From positions 1-64,000 of the IMG/VR virus record IMGVR_UViG_3300023283_000263: 64,000 bases of DNA; one strand, 5' to 3'. The notes under the pieces are model-generated. The model did not search any database. It saw only the letters and a program-made list of their open reading frames with translations, and was not told the origin of the DNA. Source of the stretch: a virus (lineage: Duplodnaviria; Caudoviricetes). Below are positions 18,799 through 28,314 of this stretch, one piece after another. A program made the translations under genes and the position numbers. How positions within the stretch are numbered: the stretch's first letter is position 1; every line of letters starts with the position of its first letter.

Positions 18799-19863
18799 AT
18801 GCCGACGCAACACGAGAGGCCCGAAACCCCGTTCGACGAGAGCGAGGAGGAGTTCGAGGAGTTCGAGGAAGTCGAGGTCCCGGACTTCGACTCTCTCAAG
18901 AAGCCCGAGCTGGTCCAGTTCTTCGAGGAGTTCGGCGACCAGGCGGAGGGCGAGGCCCCGAGCGCCGAGGAGTTCAAGAAGCTCCCGGTCGGGAAGATGC
19001 GGCCTCTCCTGAAGGCGCTGTTTCCCACCGGCGAGAGCCTGGAGGACCCCGACGTCACGGGGCTCGACGCCTCCGATTCGCTCCACAAGATCATCGTCGA
19101 GGTGTCCAACCTGAAGGACGAGACGGCCGTCGTCGCTTTCATCGCGTCGCGGGCGGACGAGGCGGAGTGCCGGTCGATCCAGATCGGCGGGGCCCTCTCG
19201 CACGCTCGTCAGAACGGCTGGGCCGGGGACTACCCGGATTTCTGGGAGTTCGTCGAGCAGGAGATCGGTCTCCGCAAGCGCAAGGCTCAGACCCTGATGC
19301 AGTGCTACGACGCCCTGGTCGAGTGCGGCGTGAAGTGGGCCGAGGCGGAGAAGGTCGGCTGGACGAAGCTCCGCGTCGTGGCTCGGGTGATCAAGCCGGA
19401 CAACTACCGCGAGTGGCTCAAGACCGCGGCCGAGATGTCTCGCCACGATCTGGAGCAGATCGTCCGGGAGGCGCTCGACCCCGGGGAGCAGGGCAGCGGC
19501 CGGGCGTCCGGCGACAGCACGCCGATCAAGAAGCTCTCGTTCTCGGTCCACGAGGATCAGGTCGAGACGATCGAGGAGGCGATCAAGCAGGCGAAGGCGC
19601 GGGCCGAGACGGAGTTCGACGGCCAGGCGCTGGAGCTGATCTGCCTGGAGTTCCTCGGCCAGTCGCCCGCGTCGAGTCGGGTCGCGGCGAACGCCGACCC
19701 CTTCGAGCTGCTCCGGTCCGCGATGACCGCGATCAAGGAGAAGTACGAGAAGGAGGACCCGGCCGACGGGCATCGAGCCGCCGGCGCCGCCGTTTCGGAC
19801 GATTTCCGGGAAATCTTCGACGAGTACGACGACGGGCCGGTCGAGGAGCCGCTCGACGGGTAG
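18799..19863 (+). CDS. Acidic hypothetical protein, possible DNA-binding
   Basis: AGGAGG RBS; helical central region (FWEFVEQEIGLRKRKAQTLM). Confidence 0.6.
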   Translation: MPTQHERPETPFDESEEEFEEFEEVEVPDFDSLKKPELVQFFEEFGDQAEGEAPSAEEFKKLPVGKMRPLLKALFPTGESLEDPDVTGLDASDSLHKIIVEVSNLKDETAVVAFIASRADEAECRSIQIGGALSHARQNGWAGDYPDFWEFVEQEIGLRKRKAQTLMQCYDALVECGVKWAEAEKVGWTKLRVVARVIKPDNYREWLKTAAEMSRHDLEQIVREALDPGEQGSGRASGDSTPIKKLSFSVHEDQVETIEEAIKQAKARAETEFDGQALELICLEFLGQSPASSRVAANADPFELLRSAMTAIKEKYEKEDPADGHRAAGAAVSDDFREIFDEYDDGPVEEPLDG

Positions 19864-19882
19864 AGGCGCTACGCTCTCGGGT

Positions 19883-20170
19883 ATGGCTCTGGTCGTCACC
19901 GTGCCCGAGGGAGGGGTGCTCATCGTCGGCGACGAGGATTTCGTCGTCGAGCGCGCGTGGTCGCAGGATCGGTTCGTATTGCGAGGGTCGGACGGGACGC
20001 TCTGGGACGTAGTCGACGATCGCATGAGCGAGGTGTCTTCTGGGGTGTTCATCGGGGCTGGTATGCCGCGCGCTTCTTCACCGCCCGGGCACGCGCGTCT
20101 GTTGATCGAAGCACCCCGCAGCGTCCCGATCAGGAGGCAGCGACGTGGAAAGGACCGCGATTTACGTTAG
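19883..20170 (+). CDS. CsrA-like protein with internal insertion (tentative)
   Basis: LVVTVPEGGVLIVGDE and ARLLIEAPRSVPIRR resemble the CsrA N- and C-terminal motifs. Confidence 0.4.
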   Translation: MALVVTVPEGGVLIVGDEDFVVERAWSQDRFVLRGSDGTLWDVVDDRMSEVSSGVFIGAGMPRASSPPGHARLLIEAPRSVPIRRQRRGKDRDLR

Positions 20171-20528
20171 CCAGACGGCGCGTCAGCAGGGCACGCATCT
20201 CGGGCTATCGATCGCGGACATGATCGACATGGCGCGCGAGAGCGCTCCGTGCCGCGGCCGAGGCGTCTATAACCGGCGCTTCGAGCGGTACTTGCTCCAC
20301 GTCGACGAGGAGCGCGGCGTTCTCCTCGGCGTCTATCGCGGTCCGGCGCCGCACGAAGCGAAGGCTGCTCCAGCGGAGACGGGGCCCGTCCGCGCCGCCC
20401 TCATCGCTTCGCGCGACTCGATCGAGGTGCTTTTGTCGATCACCGAGGAGTGCCAGGGCGACCCCGGGATCGACGCAGCGCAGGCGGACGCGCGCGAGAC
20501 CCTCCGCATGATCCGCGAGCTGCTGTAG
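20145..20528 (+). CDS. Hypothetical protein
   Basis: ORF with GGA RBS, contiguous with polA. Confidence 0.5.
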   Translation: MERTAIYVSQTARQQGTHLGLSIADMIDMARESAPCRGRGVYNRRFERYLLHVDEERGVLLGVYRGPAPHEAKAAPAETGPVRAALIASRDSIEVLLSITEECQGDPGIDAAQADARETLRMIRELL

Positions 20529-22949
20529 GTGTTGTACGTCTGGACGAACGCCGAGCGCGACCTCGTGCACCGCGCGGTCGGCCGGTACTTCGGCGGGCAG
20601 AGGTACAGGACTCGGCACCTCGACGCCGGGCCCCCGCGAGCGACGAAGGGCGACGTCGTCCTCGCGATGGGGGGAGCTGCTCTATCGCAGCTCCGGAGCG
20701 CGGGCATGGTGCCGAAGCAGGGGTCGCTCGACGCCCTGCGAGGACGGCGCGTCGAGGCCGGAGGGCCCGCGTTTCTGCTGTCCTTCGATCCGAAGCTCAC
20801 TTGGAGGGAAGCTGACAAGGCGACGGAGCTGATCAAGGACGCGCGGCGAGCGGAGAGGCTCCACCGAACCGGATCGCTGCGCCCGCGCGTCGGAAAGTAT
20901 GCTTGGGTCAGCTCGCTCGGCGACCTCATCTCGCGCGTCGATAAGAAGCGGGCGGAGACGGGTCGATCGGTGCCGCTGATGCACGACTTGGAAACGCACG
21001 GTCTGTTTCCCTGGTACGACGATCGCGAGATCGTCACGAGCGCGTGGACGGACGGCCCGGGGAGGGCGTGGATCGTCGACCACCGCGCCGACCCGAGGCT
21101 CTCAGATTCGTCTCTCCGCGAGCAGATCGAGTTCTTACTCTTCTCCGACGCCGTGCGGTTGTGGGGGGCGAACCTGAAGTTCGACGTCCTCTGGGAGTGG
21201 GTGAAGTGGGGCCTCCGGACGACTCGGTTCACGTTCGACCTGCTGCTCGGGGCGAGCCTGGAGGACGAGAACCGGAGTAACAGCCTGACCACGCTCTCCT
21301 GGATCAAGACGCCGATGGGCGGCTACGACTCGGACTTCAACGAGCGGTTTGACAAGAGCGACATGCCGTCCGCGCTCGCGAAAGACGCGGAGAGTTTCAA
21401 GGTCTACGCGGGGGGAGACGTAGACGCCGGGTACAGGGCGTGCGTTCCGACGATTCGCTCGATCGCTCGGGACCGCAAGCTCGAACGGTTTTATCGAGAG
21501 CTGCTTCACCCGGGGGCTCGGGTGTTCGAGAAGGTCGAGCGGACGGGCTGGCTCGTCGACGTCGATCGGATGGAGGCGCTGGCGGGAGAGGTGCGCGCCG
21601 ACGTGCGGGCCACGACGGCGGAGGCTATGGGCATGATCCCCGTCCCCGTGAAGGCCAAGCACGCGGACAAGCTGACGCTCGGACGGGCCGCGCTGAAAGT
21701 GGACTTCCTCTTCGACCACCCGGCCGGGCTCCGGCTGGAGCCGAAAGTGTTCGCTCAGAAGAAGACGTACCCCGACGGCGCCCCCTACCCGAGCGTGTCG
21801 ATCAAGGACCACCTCGGCGAATGGCGGCACGACGAGCGCGCCGGTCCGTTCGTGAGGGCGCTGGAACGGCTCGGCGTGTCGGAGAAGACGCTGAGTACGT
21901 TTATCGGCGTCAAGGACAAGAACGGCGAGTACGCGAAGGGGTTCCTGTCCCATCTCCGTCCTGACGGACGCTTTCACCCGACCTACGCGCTCTACCACGG
22001 CGGTCTTTGGGACGACTCGGACGACGACACCGGGACCGTCACCGGCCGGCTCGCTGCCAAGGACCCCGCCGCGCAGGTCCTTCCGAAGCACACGCGCTGG
22101 GCTAAGAAGCTCCGGCAGTGTTACCCGGCTCCGCCCGGGATGGTCTGCTGGCAGCTCGATTTCTCGCAGGGCGAGTTGCGGATCATGGCGTGTCTCGCGA
22201 ACGACGCGCGGATGCTTAGGCTGTACCAGCGAGGCGTCGATCTTCATCTCGTCACGGGGGCGCGGGCAGCGAAGCAGGACTGGCGGAAGGTCGCTGCGTG
22301 GAAGAAGTACGCCGAGGATTCTCCGGAGTTTGCTCGGTACAAGCAGATCCGCCAGGGCGGGAAGGCCGGCAACTTTGGTCTCATCTTTCGGATCTCGGTC
22401 GACGGGTTCATGGAGTACGCTTGGAAGACCTACGGCGTGCGCTTCACGAGGGCGGAGGCGGAAGAGTTCCACGATGGCTTTTTCGAGCTGTACCCGGGCG
22501 TGCGCCGCTACCACGAGCGCCAGGTCGAGCTGGCTCGCAAGGTCGGCTACGTGCGAAACCCGTTCGGCCGCGTCCGGCACCTCCCGCTGATCCTGTCCCC
22601 GGACCGGGAGATGCGGTCGCGGTCGGAGCGCCAGGCGATCAATTCGCCCGTCCAGGGCGGGCTCTCGGATCTCCAGGTCTACGCGCTGGTCGTCGTCGAC
22701 CGCGAGATCGGCGTGGACAGACCAGAGTTCCAGGTCGCCGGGTCGACGCACGACTCCGCTTACGGGTACGCGGCCGAGCGAAACGCGGAGCAGCTCGTGG
22801 CGGACGCCGCCGGGGCCGTGAATCGGATCTCCGAGCCCGGAGGTGCGCTCCAGACGGTGTTCGGCTGGGACCGCCAGATCCCGTTCCCGGTGGACGCCGA
22901 GATCGGCGATACCCTCGGGGACCTGGAGGAAGTGGGCCTGGCGTCCTAA
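20529..22949 (+). CDS. polA: Family A DNA polymerase with 3-5 exonuclease and degenerate UDG-like N-terminal domain
   Basis: Exo HDLET and ANLKFD; TVTGRL; motif A DFSQGELR; motif B KAGNFGLIF; motif C THDS. Confidence 0.92.
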   Translation: MLYVWTNAERDLVHRAVGRYFGGQRYRTRHLDAGPPRATKGDVVLAMGGAALSQLRSAGMVPKQGSLDALRGRRVEAGGPAFLLSFDPKLTWREADKATELIKDARRAERLHRTGSLRPRVGKYAWVSSLGDLISRVDKKRAETGRSVPLMHDLETHGLFPWYDDREIVTSAWTDGPGRAWIVDHRADPRLSDSSLREQIEFLLFSDAVRLWGANLKFDVLWEWVKWGLRTTRFTFDLLLGASLEDENRSNSLTTLSWIKTPMGGYDSDFNERFDKSDMPSALAKDAESFKVYAGGDVDAGYRACVPTIRSIARDRKLERFYRELLHPGARVFEKVERTGWLVDVDRMEALAGEVRADVRATTAEAMGMIPVPVKAKHADKLTLGRAALKVDFLFDHPAGLRLEPKVFAQKKTYPDGAPYPSVSIKDHLGEWRHDERAGPFVRALERLGVSEKTLSTFIGVKDKNGEYAKGFLSHLRPDGRFHPTYALYHGGLWDDSDDDTGTVTGRLAAKDPAAQVLPKHTRWAKKLRQCYPAPPGMVCWQLDFSQGELRIMACLANDARMLRLYQRGVDLHLVTGARAAKQDWRKVAAWKKYAEDSPEFARYKQIRQGGKAGNFGLIFRISVDGFMEYAWKTYGVRFTRAEAEEFHDGFFELYPGVRRYHERQVELARKVGYVRNPFGRVRHLPLILSPDREMRSRSERQAINSPVQGGLSDLQVYALVVVDREIGVDRPEFQVAGSTHDSAYGYAAERNAEQLVADAAGAVNRISEPGGALQTVFGWDRQIPFPVDAEIGDTLGDLEEVGLAS

Positions 22950-22978
22950 CTTCCCGGGGGCCGGAAGGAGGCGTTTTC

Positions 22979-25081
22979 GTGGGCGAGCAGACCAGCGATC
23001 GACTCGACGAGGCCGGGGTCCCGCGCCGGCGCGGTCGAGCGCAGAAGGAGGCGGAAGACTCCGGTCCGCGCGTCGTTTTCTTGCGGCCTCATGCTCGCGC
23101 TCTCCGCGAGGCGGCGGAGGCCGGTCAGGTGTTCGGCGTCGAGGCGGTCGAGTCCCTGAGGCCCGGTCGCGCCGGCGGCGAGACCATCATCGCGAGGAAC
23201 CCGGAGACCGGCGAGACCGTAGAGCGCCGCAAGATCGACCCCGGCTCCCCGATCCAGGGGAGCGACGCCCGGGCCGAGGAAGACGAGTTCGTCCGCACCT
23301 CGACCGGCCAGACCGTCGGTCAGCAGGTCACGGCGCTGGAGCCGCCGTTCTCGTTCCGCGAGCTGGAGACGCTCGTTCAGCGCAACAGCATCCTCCCGCT
23401 TCTGATCGACGCGATGGAGGTGAACGCAGACGGGACGGGGTGGGACATCGAGCCGGCCGACCTCATGCACCCGACGCTCGGAGGCGAGGGGGGCGGTCTC
23501 CAGAGGCGCGGGCCCGGCGACGCGGACTTCGACCCCGACGACGCGGAACTGAACGAAGAGATCGAGCCGGAGGAGCTGGAGAAGAGGAAGCGCGCGGTCG
23601 AGGCGTTCTTCGACGAGCCGTGGCCGCAGACGTCGTTCCTCCCGATCCGCAGGCGCCTCCGGAGAGACCTGGAGACGGTCGGCAACGCCTACATGGAGTG
23701 CCTCTTCAACGCCGCCGACGAGTTGGTTTTCTGTCGCCGCCTCGACCCGAAGTCGATGCGGTTGATCAAGCTGCAGGACGAGGACAAGGTCGAACGCGCG
23801 CTGGAGGTCGACCGGGACGGCGAGCGCGTGGAGATCACGGCGTCCGTTCGCGAGCGCCGGTTCGTCCAGATCGTCGGCGGCAAGCACATCTACTTCGCCG
23901 AGCTGGGCGCGGCCCGCGACCTGGACAAGGAAAGCGGCGAGTGGTCGGAAGGCGGTCCCGCGAAGGACGGCGACCGCCTGGACTTCGACAAGCGCGCGAC
24001 CCAGGTCGTCCACTTCAAGCTCAAGGACGACGTCGCGACCCCCTACGGGTTGCCTCGGTGGATCAGCAACGCGCCTTCCATCGTCGGGTCCCGCCTGGCG
24101 GAAGAGTTCAACCTGGAGTTCTTCGACGCCGGGGGCGTGCCTCCTCTCCTCATCATCGTCTCCGGCGGGCGCATGGCGGCGAAGGCCGAGCAGTCGCTTC
24201 GCCAGCACTTCATGGCGAGCGGGCCCGACCGGCACCAGGCGGCCGTGATGGAGGCGTTCGCCACGGAGGGGGACGTCGACACGGCGTCGAAAGTGGAGGT
24301 CCAGGTCGAGCGGTTCGGCTCCGAGCAGCAACGGGACAGCATGTTCGAGGGCTACATCGAGAAGTCGGAGAGGCGCGTCCAGCGCGCGTTCAGGCTCCCC
24401 GACCTCTTCACCGGCCAGGGCGAGCGCACGAACTTCGCGACCGCGTTCGCGAGTATGCTCGTCGCTGAAGCGCAGGTGTTTCAGACCGAGCGCGCGGAGT
24501 TCGACGAGGTCGTCAATCTCAAGATCCTGCCGCGTCTCAGGTGGGGCGAGCAGTTCGTCTTTAAGTCCCGGCCTCTCTCGGTGCGGGACGTGACGCAGCA
24601 GCTCGCGGCGTTGAGTATCGTGCTCGGGGCCGGCATCGCGGACGCGGAGAGCGTGCTGGAGAACGTCAACACCGTCACCGGGCTCGCGCTGCGGCCGGCC
24701 GGGGAGGAGGACGACCAGGCCGGCGCCGGCGGCGGGGGGAGCAGGATCGACGGCGGCAGGCCCGGCGACGCGCGCGGGCGCGGCCCGAGGACGCGGGCTC
24801 GGTCCGACGGCGCACCTGCTCTGAAGCTGGGGGCCGAGGTGGAGCTGGCCGCGCTCGCGCGATCCGTCGCCGAGTACCTGGAGGCCGGCGCCGTAGGCGG
24901 CGACGAGTGGCTGGAAGTCAGGGCGAAGCTCGACGCGCTCCGCGGGGAGGAGGTCCGGGTGTTTCGGCAGAAGCTCGCGACCGTGCTGTACCCGGCTCTG
25001 AAGTACGATCCGATGGGGGCGGAGGAGCTGGCGACGGGCGTGCTCGCGATCCTGGGGCTCGGACGTGACCGCCCCGCTTAG
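22979..25081 (+). CDS. Portal protein (PBSX-like)
   Basis: GTG 22979 with GGAGG RBS; DLETVGNAYME, YGLPRW, NLEFFDAGGVP motifs. Confidence 0.8.
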   Translation: MGEQTSDRLDEAGVPRRRGRAQKEAEDSGPRVVFLRPHARALREAAEAGQVFGVEAVESLRPGRAGGETIIARNPETGETVERRKIDPGSPIQGSDARAEEDEFVRTSTGQTVGQQVTALEPPFSFRELETLVQRNSILPLLIDAMEVNADGTGWDIEPADLMHPTLGGEGGGLQRRGPGDADFDPDDAELNEEIEPEELEKRKRAVEAFFDEPWPQTSFLPIRRRLRRDLETVGNAYMECLFNAADELVFCRRLDPKSMRLIKLQDEDKVERALEVDRDGERVEITASVRERRFVQIVGGKHIYFAELGAARDLDKESGEWSEGGPAKDGDRLDFDKRATQVVHFKLKDDVATPYGLPRWISNAPSIVGSRLAEEFNLEFFDAGGVPPLLIIVSGGRMAAKAEQSLRQHFMASGPDRHQAAVMEAFATEGDVDTASKVEVQVERFGSEQQRDSMFEGYIEKSERRVQRAFRLPDLFTGQGERTNFATAFASMLVAEAQVFQTERAEFDEVVNLKILPRLRWGEQFVFKSRPLSVRDVTQQLAALSIVLGAGIADAESVLENVNTVTGLALRPAGEEDDQAGAGGGGSRIDGGRPGDARGRGPRTRARSDGAPALKLGAEVELAALARSVAEYLEAGAVGGDEWLEVRAKLDALRGEEVRVFRQKLATVLYPALKYDPMGAEELATGVLAILGLGRDRPA

Positions 25082-26927
25082 CGTCGGCGAGCGCTTTGAC
25101 CCGGGGGCTCGCAGCGTTCGGCCGTCGGCGCGATCGTTCCTGACGCTGGAGATCACGATCCGCAAGCGCCTGGAGCGACGCTGGTTGGAGCAGGTAGCGA
25201 GGCCGGCGCAGCGGAGGATCCGGCGCGCGGTCGCGCGCCGCGACTTCGACGCTGCCAGGGACGCGGCCCGCGCGATCTCTTTCGACCCGGTGATCGAGGG
25301 CCAGGAGGGGTTCCTCCGCACGATGGCGCTGTCGGCGGTCGTGCTCGGGGCTTCTTTCTTCTCCGGCGACGCGAGCGATACCGTGTTCGTCGACGGAGGG
25401 GTCCCCGAGGAGGCGGAGATCGCGGCGAGCGCGCTCCTCGGCTTCCTGCAGGACGGCGCGGCCGAAAGCGTCCGGGAGGAGGCCCTGCGCCTGATCGACG
25501 CCGTCGAGGCCGCGGTCGCGGCGGATAGGTTCAAGCAGGACGAGATCGACGTCGCCCCGGAGACGCCTGCGGGCCTGCGCCGAGCGCTGCAATCCATCGC
25601 CGAGCCGAGTCCAGAGAGTCGCCCCCCGATAGTGGCGAGTCCTCGGGATTTCGCGACTCGGCTCAACCGGGCCGTCGCGCGCGGCGGGATCCAGGGTACC
25701 GGCATCGGCGCGAACCTGTCGACGAGTCGGCTGATCCAGTTCGGGGCCCTCGCCCAGGCCGAGGCGCAGGGCGAGCAGAGCTATCAGATCACGGAGATTC
25801 TCGACGATCGGACTTGTCCTTTTTGCCGGGGGATGCACGGTAAGGTGTTCGAGGTCGCCCCGGCGCAGGACAGGCTCTTCCGCCAGCTCAGGGAGACGGA
25901 CCCTCTGGCGCTGAAGTCGGCGTTCCCATTCCCGTCGACGAATCAGGCAGCCATCGCCGCGTTCTCGCGTCTCTCGAACGACCAGCTGCGAGAACTCGGC
26001 CATGACACGCCCCCGTATCATCCCTGGTGTCTACCTGGGGACGCTCGTATAGCGTCCTGTGGTCCGATCGCGGGCGAGAGTCGTCGCTGGTTCGATGGTC
26101 AGCTCGTCGTCGTCGACACGGCCCGAGGCAACCACCTCCGCCTGACCCCGAACCACCCGGTACTCACGGATCGCGGATGGGTCGCGGCGGGCTCGCTCGA
26201 TGAACGCGACCGCGTAGTCGAATGTCGCGGCGTCCAGGGGCCGGAACGCCGTCTGGTGCCAGAGCATCAGGACGTCCCACCCACCGCGGAGCAGGTGTTC
26301 GAGGCGTTTCGGCGTTCTAGCGGCGTGACGACCCGAGAAGTGCCAGGAACCCCTGAATACTTCCACGGCGACGGGCGCCGCGGCGAGGTCGACGTTGTAC
26401 GGGCCGATCGCCTTCTGGGGCACGACGTCGGACACGCCGCGGTTTTCGAGTGCGCGCATTACGGCTCTCTCCAGATCGCTGCTGCGCGGGCGCTGTTCGC
26501 GCGTTTGCGCGCGTTTGCAGAGGGAATCTACGGAGTGGCGCGAGCCGCGCGAGGCGCGATGGGCGGCTTCGACCTGGCGCCGGCGTTCGCGGTTGCTCAT
26601 GCGCTTCCATCGTGCCCTCACGGCGTTGCTCCGGCTTCGCACGACGCCGGCGGCGCGGAGGAATCGGAGCACCGTGGTCTTCGAGACGCCGAGATTCTGC
26701 CCGATCTTGCTCGCCGGTTCCCCGGACGAGTAGCGTTCGACCACGTCGTCGGGGTCCGGCGGGAGCCATTTTCGGGCCAGGTATACAACCTCGAAACCGA
26801 GGACGGCTATTATGTAGCGGACTCGATAGTGGTGAGTAACTGCCGCGGAACCGTCGTCTCCGTCGGGACCGTCCCCGACGAGCAGATCACCGGCTTCCAG
26901 CCCGTCAGGGGCGCGATTCCGGTCTGA
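25065..26927 (+). CDS. Mu gpF/SPP1 gp7-like minor head protein, intein-containing precursor
   Basis: LDDRTCPFC and PPYHPW/CRGTVV motifs split by a Hint domain. Confidence 0.85.
   Translation: MTAPLSVGERFDPGARSVRPSARSFLTLEITIRKRLERRWLEQVARPAQRRIRRAVARRDFDAARDAARAISFDPVIEGQEGFLRTMALSAVVLGASFFSGDASDTVFVDGGVPEEAEIAASALLGFLQDGAAESVREEALRLIDAVEAAVAADRFKQDEIDVAPETPAGLRRALQSIAEPSPESRPPIVASPRDFATRLNRAVARGGIQGTGIGANLSTSRLIQFGALAQAEAQGEQSYQITEILDDRTCPFCRGMHGKVFEVAPAQDRLFRQLRETDPLALKSAFPFPSTNQAAIAAFSRLSNDQLRELGHDTPPYHPWCLPGDARIASCGPIAGESRRWFDGQLVVVDTARGNHLRLTPNHPVLTDRGWVAAGSLDERDRVVECRGVQGPERRLVPEHQDVPPTAEQVFEAFRRSSGVTTREVPGTPEYFHGDGRRGEVDVVRADRLLGHDVGHAAVFECAHYGSLQIAAARALFARLRAFAEGIYGVARAARGAMGGFDLAPAFAVAHALPSCPHGVAPASHDAGGAEESEHRGLRDAEILPDLARRFPGRVAFDHVVGVRREPFSGQVYNLETEDGYYVADSIVVSNCRGTVVSVGTVPDEQITGFQPVRGAIPV
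26028..26840 (+). mobile_element. Intein (271 aa) inserted in gpF PPYHPW^CR motif
   Basis: Block A CLPGD, block B LTPNHPVLT, block F VYNLETE, terminal VVSN followed by Cys+1 (26841). Confidence 0.9.
26031..26744 (-). CDS. Antisense homing-endonuclease-like protein: HTH + NUMOD3-like + DUF559/Vsr-like nuclease
   Basis: YSSGEPASKIGQNLGVSKTTVLRFL (HTH); GSRHSVDSLCKRA; SDLERAV..QKAIGPYNVDL..VEV..SWH..GWDVLMLW. Confidence 0.75.
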   Translation of the reverse strand: MVERYSSGEPASKIGQNLGVSKTTVLRFLRAAGVVRSRSNAVRARWKRMSNRERRRQVEAAHRASRGSRHSVDSLCKRAQTREQRPRSSDLERAVMRALENRGVSDVVPQKAIGPYNVDLAAAPVAVEVFRGSWHFSGRHAARTPKRLEHLLRGGWDVLMLWHQTAFRPLDAATFDYAVAFIERARRDPSAIREYRVVRGQAEVVASGRVDDDELTIEPATTLARDRTTGRYTSVPR

Positions 26928-27065
26928 GGGGCGGGGGCGAGCTGTAGATCGGCGATTTTCTCGGGCCCCTTAGGGAAGACGAGGACGAGCGTCACCTTCT
27001 GAGGTGATGGAGGCACGCTCTAGGAGCGCAGGATCAGCGCCGCGACGGGTAGAGAGGATCGGGCG

Positions 27066-27356
27066 GTGGCCGAAGACGCCCCGCGACCCCGGGGTCGCGG
27101 AAAGTGGACGGAGATTCGACGAGAGACCGGGCTCGTCGAGTACGTGTGCGAGCACGGAGTCGGGCACCCTGCCGTCGGGTCCGCGCTCTGGCAGGCCGAG
27201 ACTCGCCGCGAGGACGAGGAAGCGTGGATGATCCACGGCTGCGACGGATGCTGCGCGCGGGACGACTTTCCCGGGACGGCGATCGAGTCGCTCAAGCGCG
27301 CCCACCAGATCATCCGCGTCCTGAAAAGGAGGCTCCGAGAGTGCAGGTCATCCTGA
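27066..27356 (+). CDS. Hypothetical Cys/His protein
   Basis: CEHGVGHP...IHGCDGCC metal-binding pattern. Confidence 0.6.
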   Translation: MAEDAPRPRGRGKWTEIRRETGLVEYVCEHGVGHPAVGSALWQAETRREDEEAWMIHGCDGCCARDDFPGTAIESLKRAHQIIRVLKRRLRECRSS

Positions 27357-27565
27357 CGTTCGACACCGTCCGCGATGAGGCAGAGTACCAGGCCGCTCTC
27401 CACGCGCTGCGTCTCGTCCACGCTCTCGCTGAGGTCGACGAGGCGCTTCGGGCCAAGCTGAAGTACGAGGACCCGAGTGAAGAAACGAGGACGGCCCTCG
27501 AAGGGGTTCGATCGGTTCTCCGCGACGGCGTCGCCGGCCTGCCCGAGAGCGTGGTCTGGCTCTAG
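27341..27565 (+). CDS. Hypothetical protein
   Basis: AAAGGAGG RBS, GTG 27341. Confidence 0.55.
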   Translation: MQVILTFDTVRDEAEYQAALHALRLVHALAEVDEALRAKLKYEDPSEETRTALEGVRSVLRDGVAGLPESVVWL

Positions 27566-27567
27566 CC

Positions 27568-27984
27568 GTGCGGGTGTGCGTGTGCGGGGGGCGGGACGTG
27601 GCCGGCGCGAGTCTCGCGCGGTCGCTCGGAGTCGAAGGGCGAGCCGACGGCGTGCTGGCCGTGCGTCTGGCCGCTCGGTTGAGGGGGTACGAGCCCGAGC
27701 AGATCGTCCTCGTCTCGGGCGGGGCGCGCGGCGCCGACGAGATCGGCGAGCGCTGGGCCGAGGCGAACGGGGTTCGGATCGAACGCTTCGAGGCGGAGTG
27801 GTCGAGGCTCGGGCGCGCGGCCGGCGTGCACCGGAATAAGCGCATGATCCGGAGCAGGCCCGACTTCGTGGCGGCGTTCTGGGACGGGAACAGCAGGGGC
27901 ACGAAGAACATGATCGAGGCGGCGACGCGGGCGGGGATCCCGGTGGAGATCATCCCCGTCTCCGCGAGGGTGGTTAGCGCGTGA
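27568..27984 (+). CDS. SLOG/DUF2493 (YspA-like) protein
   Basis: VCGGRD, SGGARGAD, AG..RN..M, SRGTKNMI motifs. Confidence 0.85.
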   Translation: MRVCVCGGRDVAGASLARSLGVEGRADGVLAVRLAARLRGYEPEQIVLVSGGARGADEIGERWAEANGVRIERFEAEWSRLGRAAGVHRNKRMIRSRPDFVAAFWDGNSRGTKNMIEAATRAGIPVEIIPVSARVVSA

Positions 27985-28071
27985 AGAAGCTCAAGCGAAG
28001 GAAGACGCCGGTCGCCCGGGGGCGCGCGACCCGGGAAGGCGCGGCTCCGAGGGGGGGCACGGTCGTCGGGT

Positions 28072-28314
28072 GTGATCGGTCCCGGCCCGCGCCGCTTCGC
28101 GTCTTCTGCGGAGAGGCTGGCCCGCGCTCGCGACCTGCTCCGCGAGCTGATGCAGACGACGCGGGACGCGGCCGAGGCGCGCGACGACGAGGTCCTCTCG
28201 TACCTGGAGTCGGCGCTGGAATCTCTAGCCGACTACGCGGTGAACCCCTCGAATCTGCGGATGCGGGCGGAGGCCGACGCGGCTCCGTTCCGCCGCCGAA
28301 AGGAGAAGACGTGA
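28072..28314 (+). CDS. Hypothetical helical protein
   Basis: ORF with typical codon usage. Confidence 0.45.
   Translation: MIGPGPRRFASSAERLARARDLLRELMQTTRDAAEARDDEVLSYLESALESLADYAVNPSNLRMRAEADAAPFRRRKEKT

Noticed and set aside
22946-25705. 919-aa minus-strand ORF and many other long minus-strand ORFs (e.g. 58371-60701, 42217-43806, 49984-51468)
   Set aside because: Antisense shadows of GC3-rich real genes; no recognisable motifs, unlike 26031-26744
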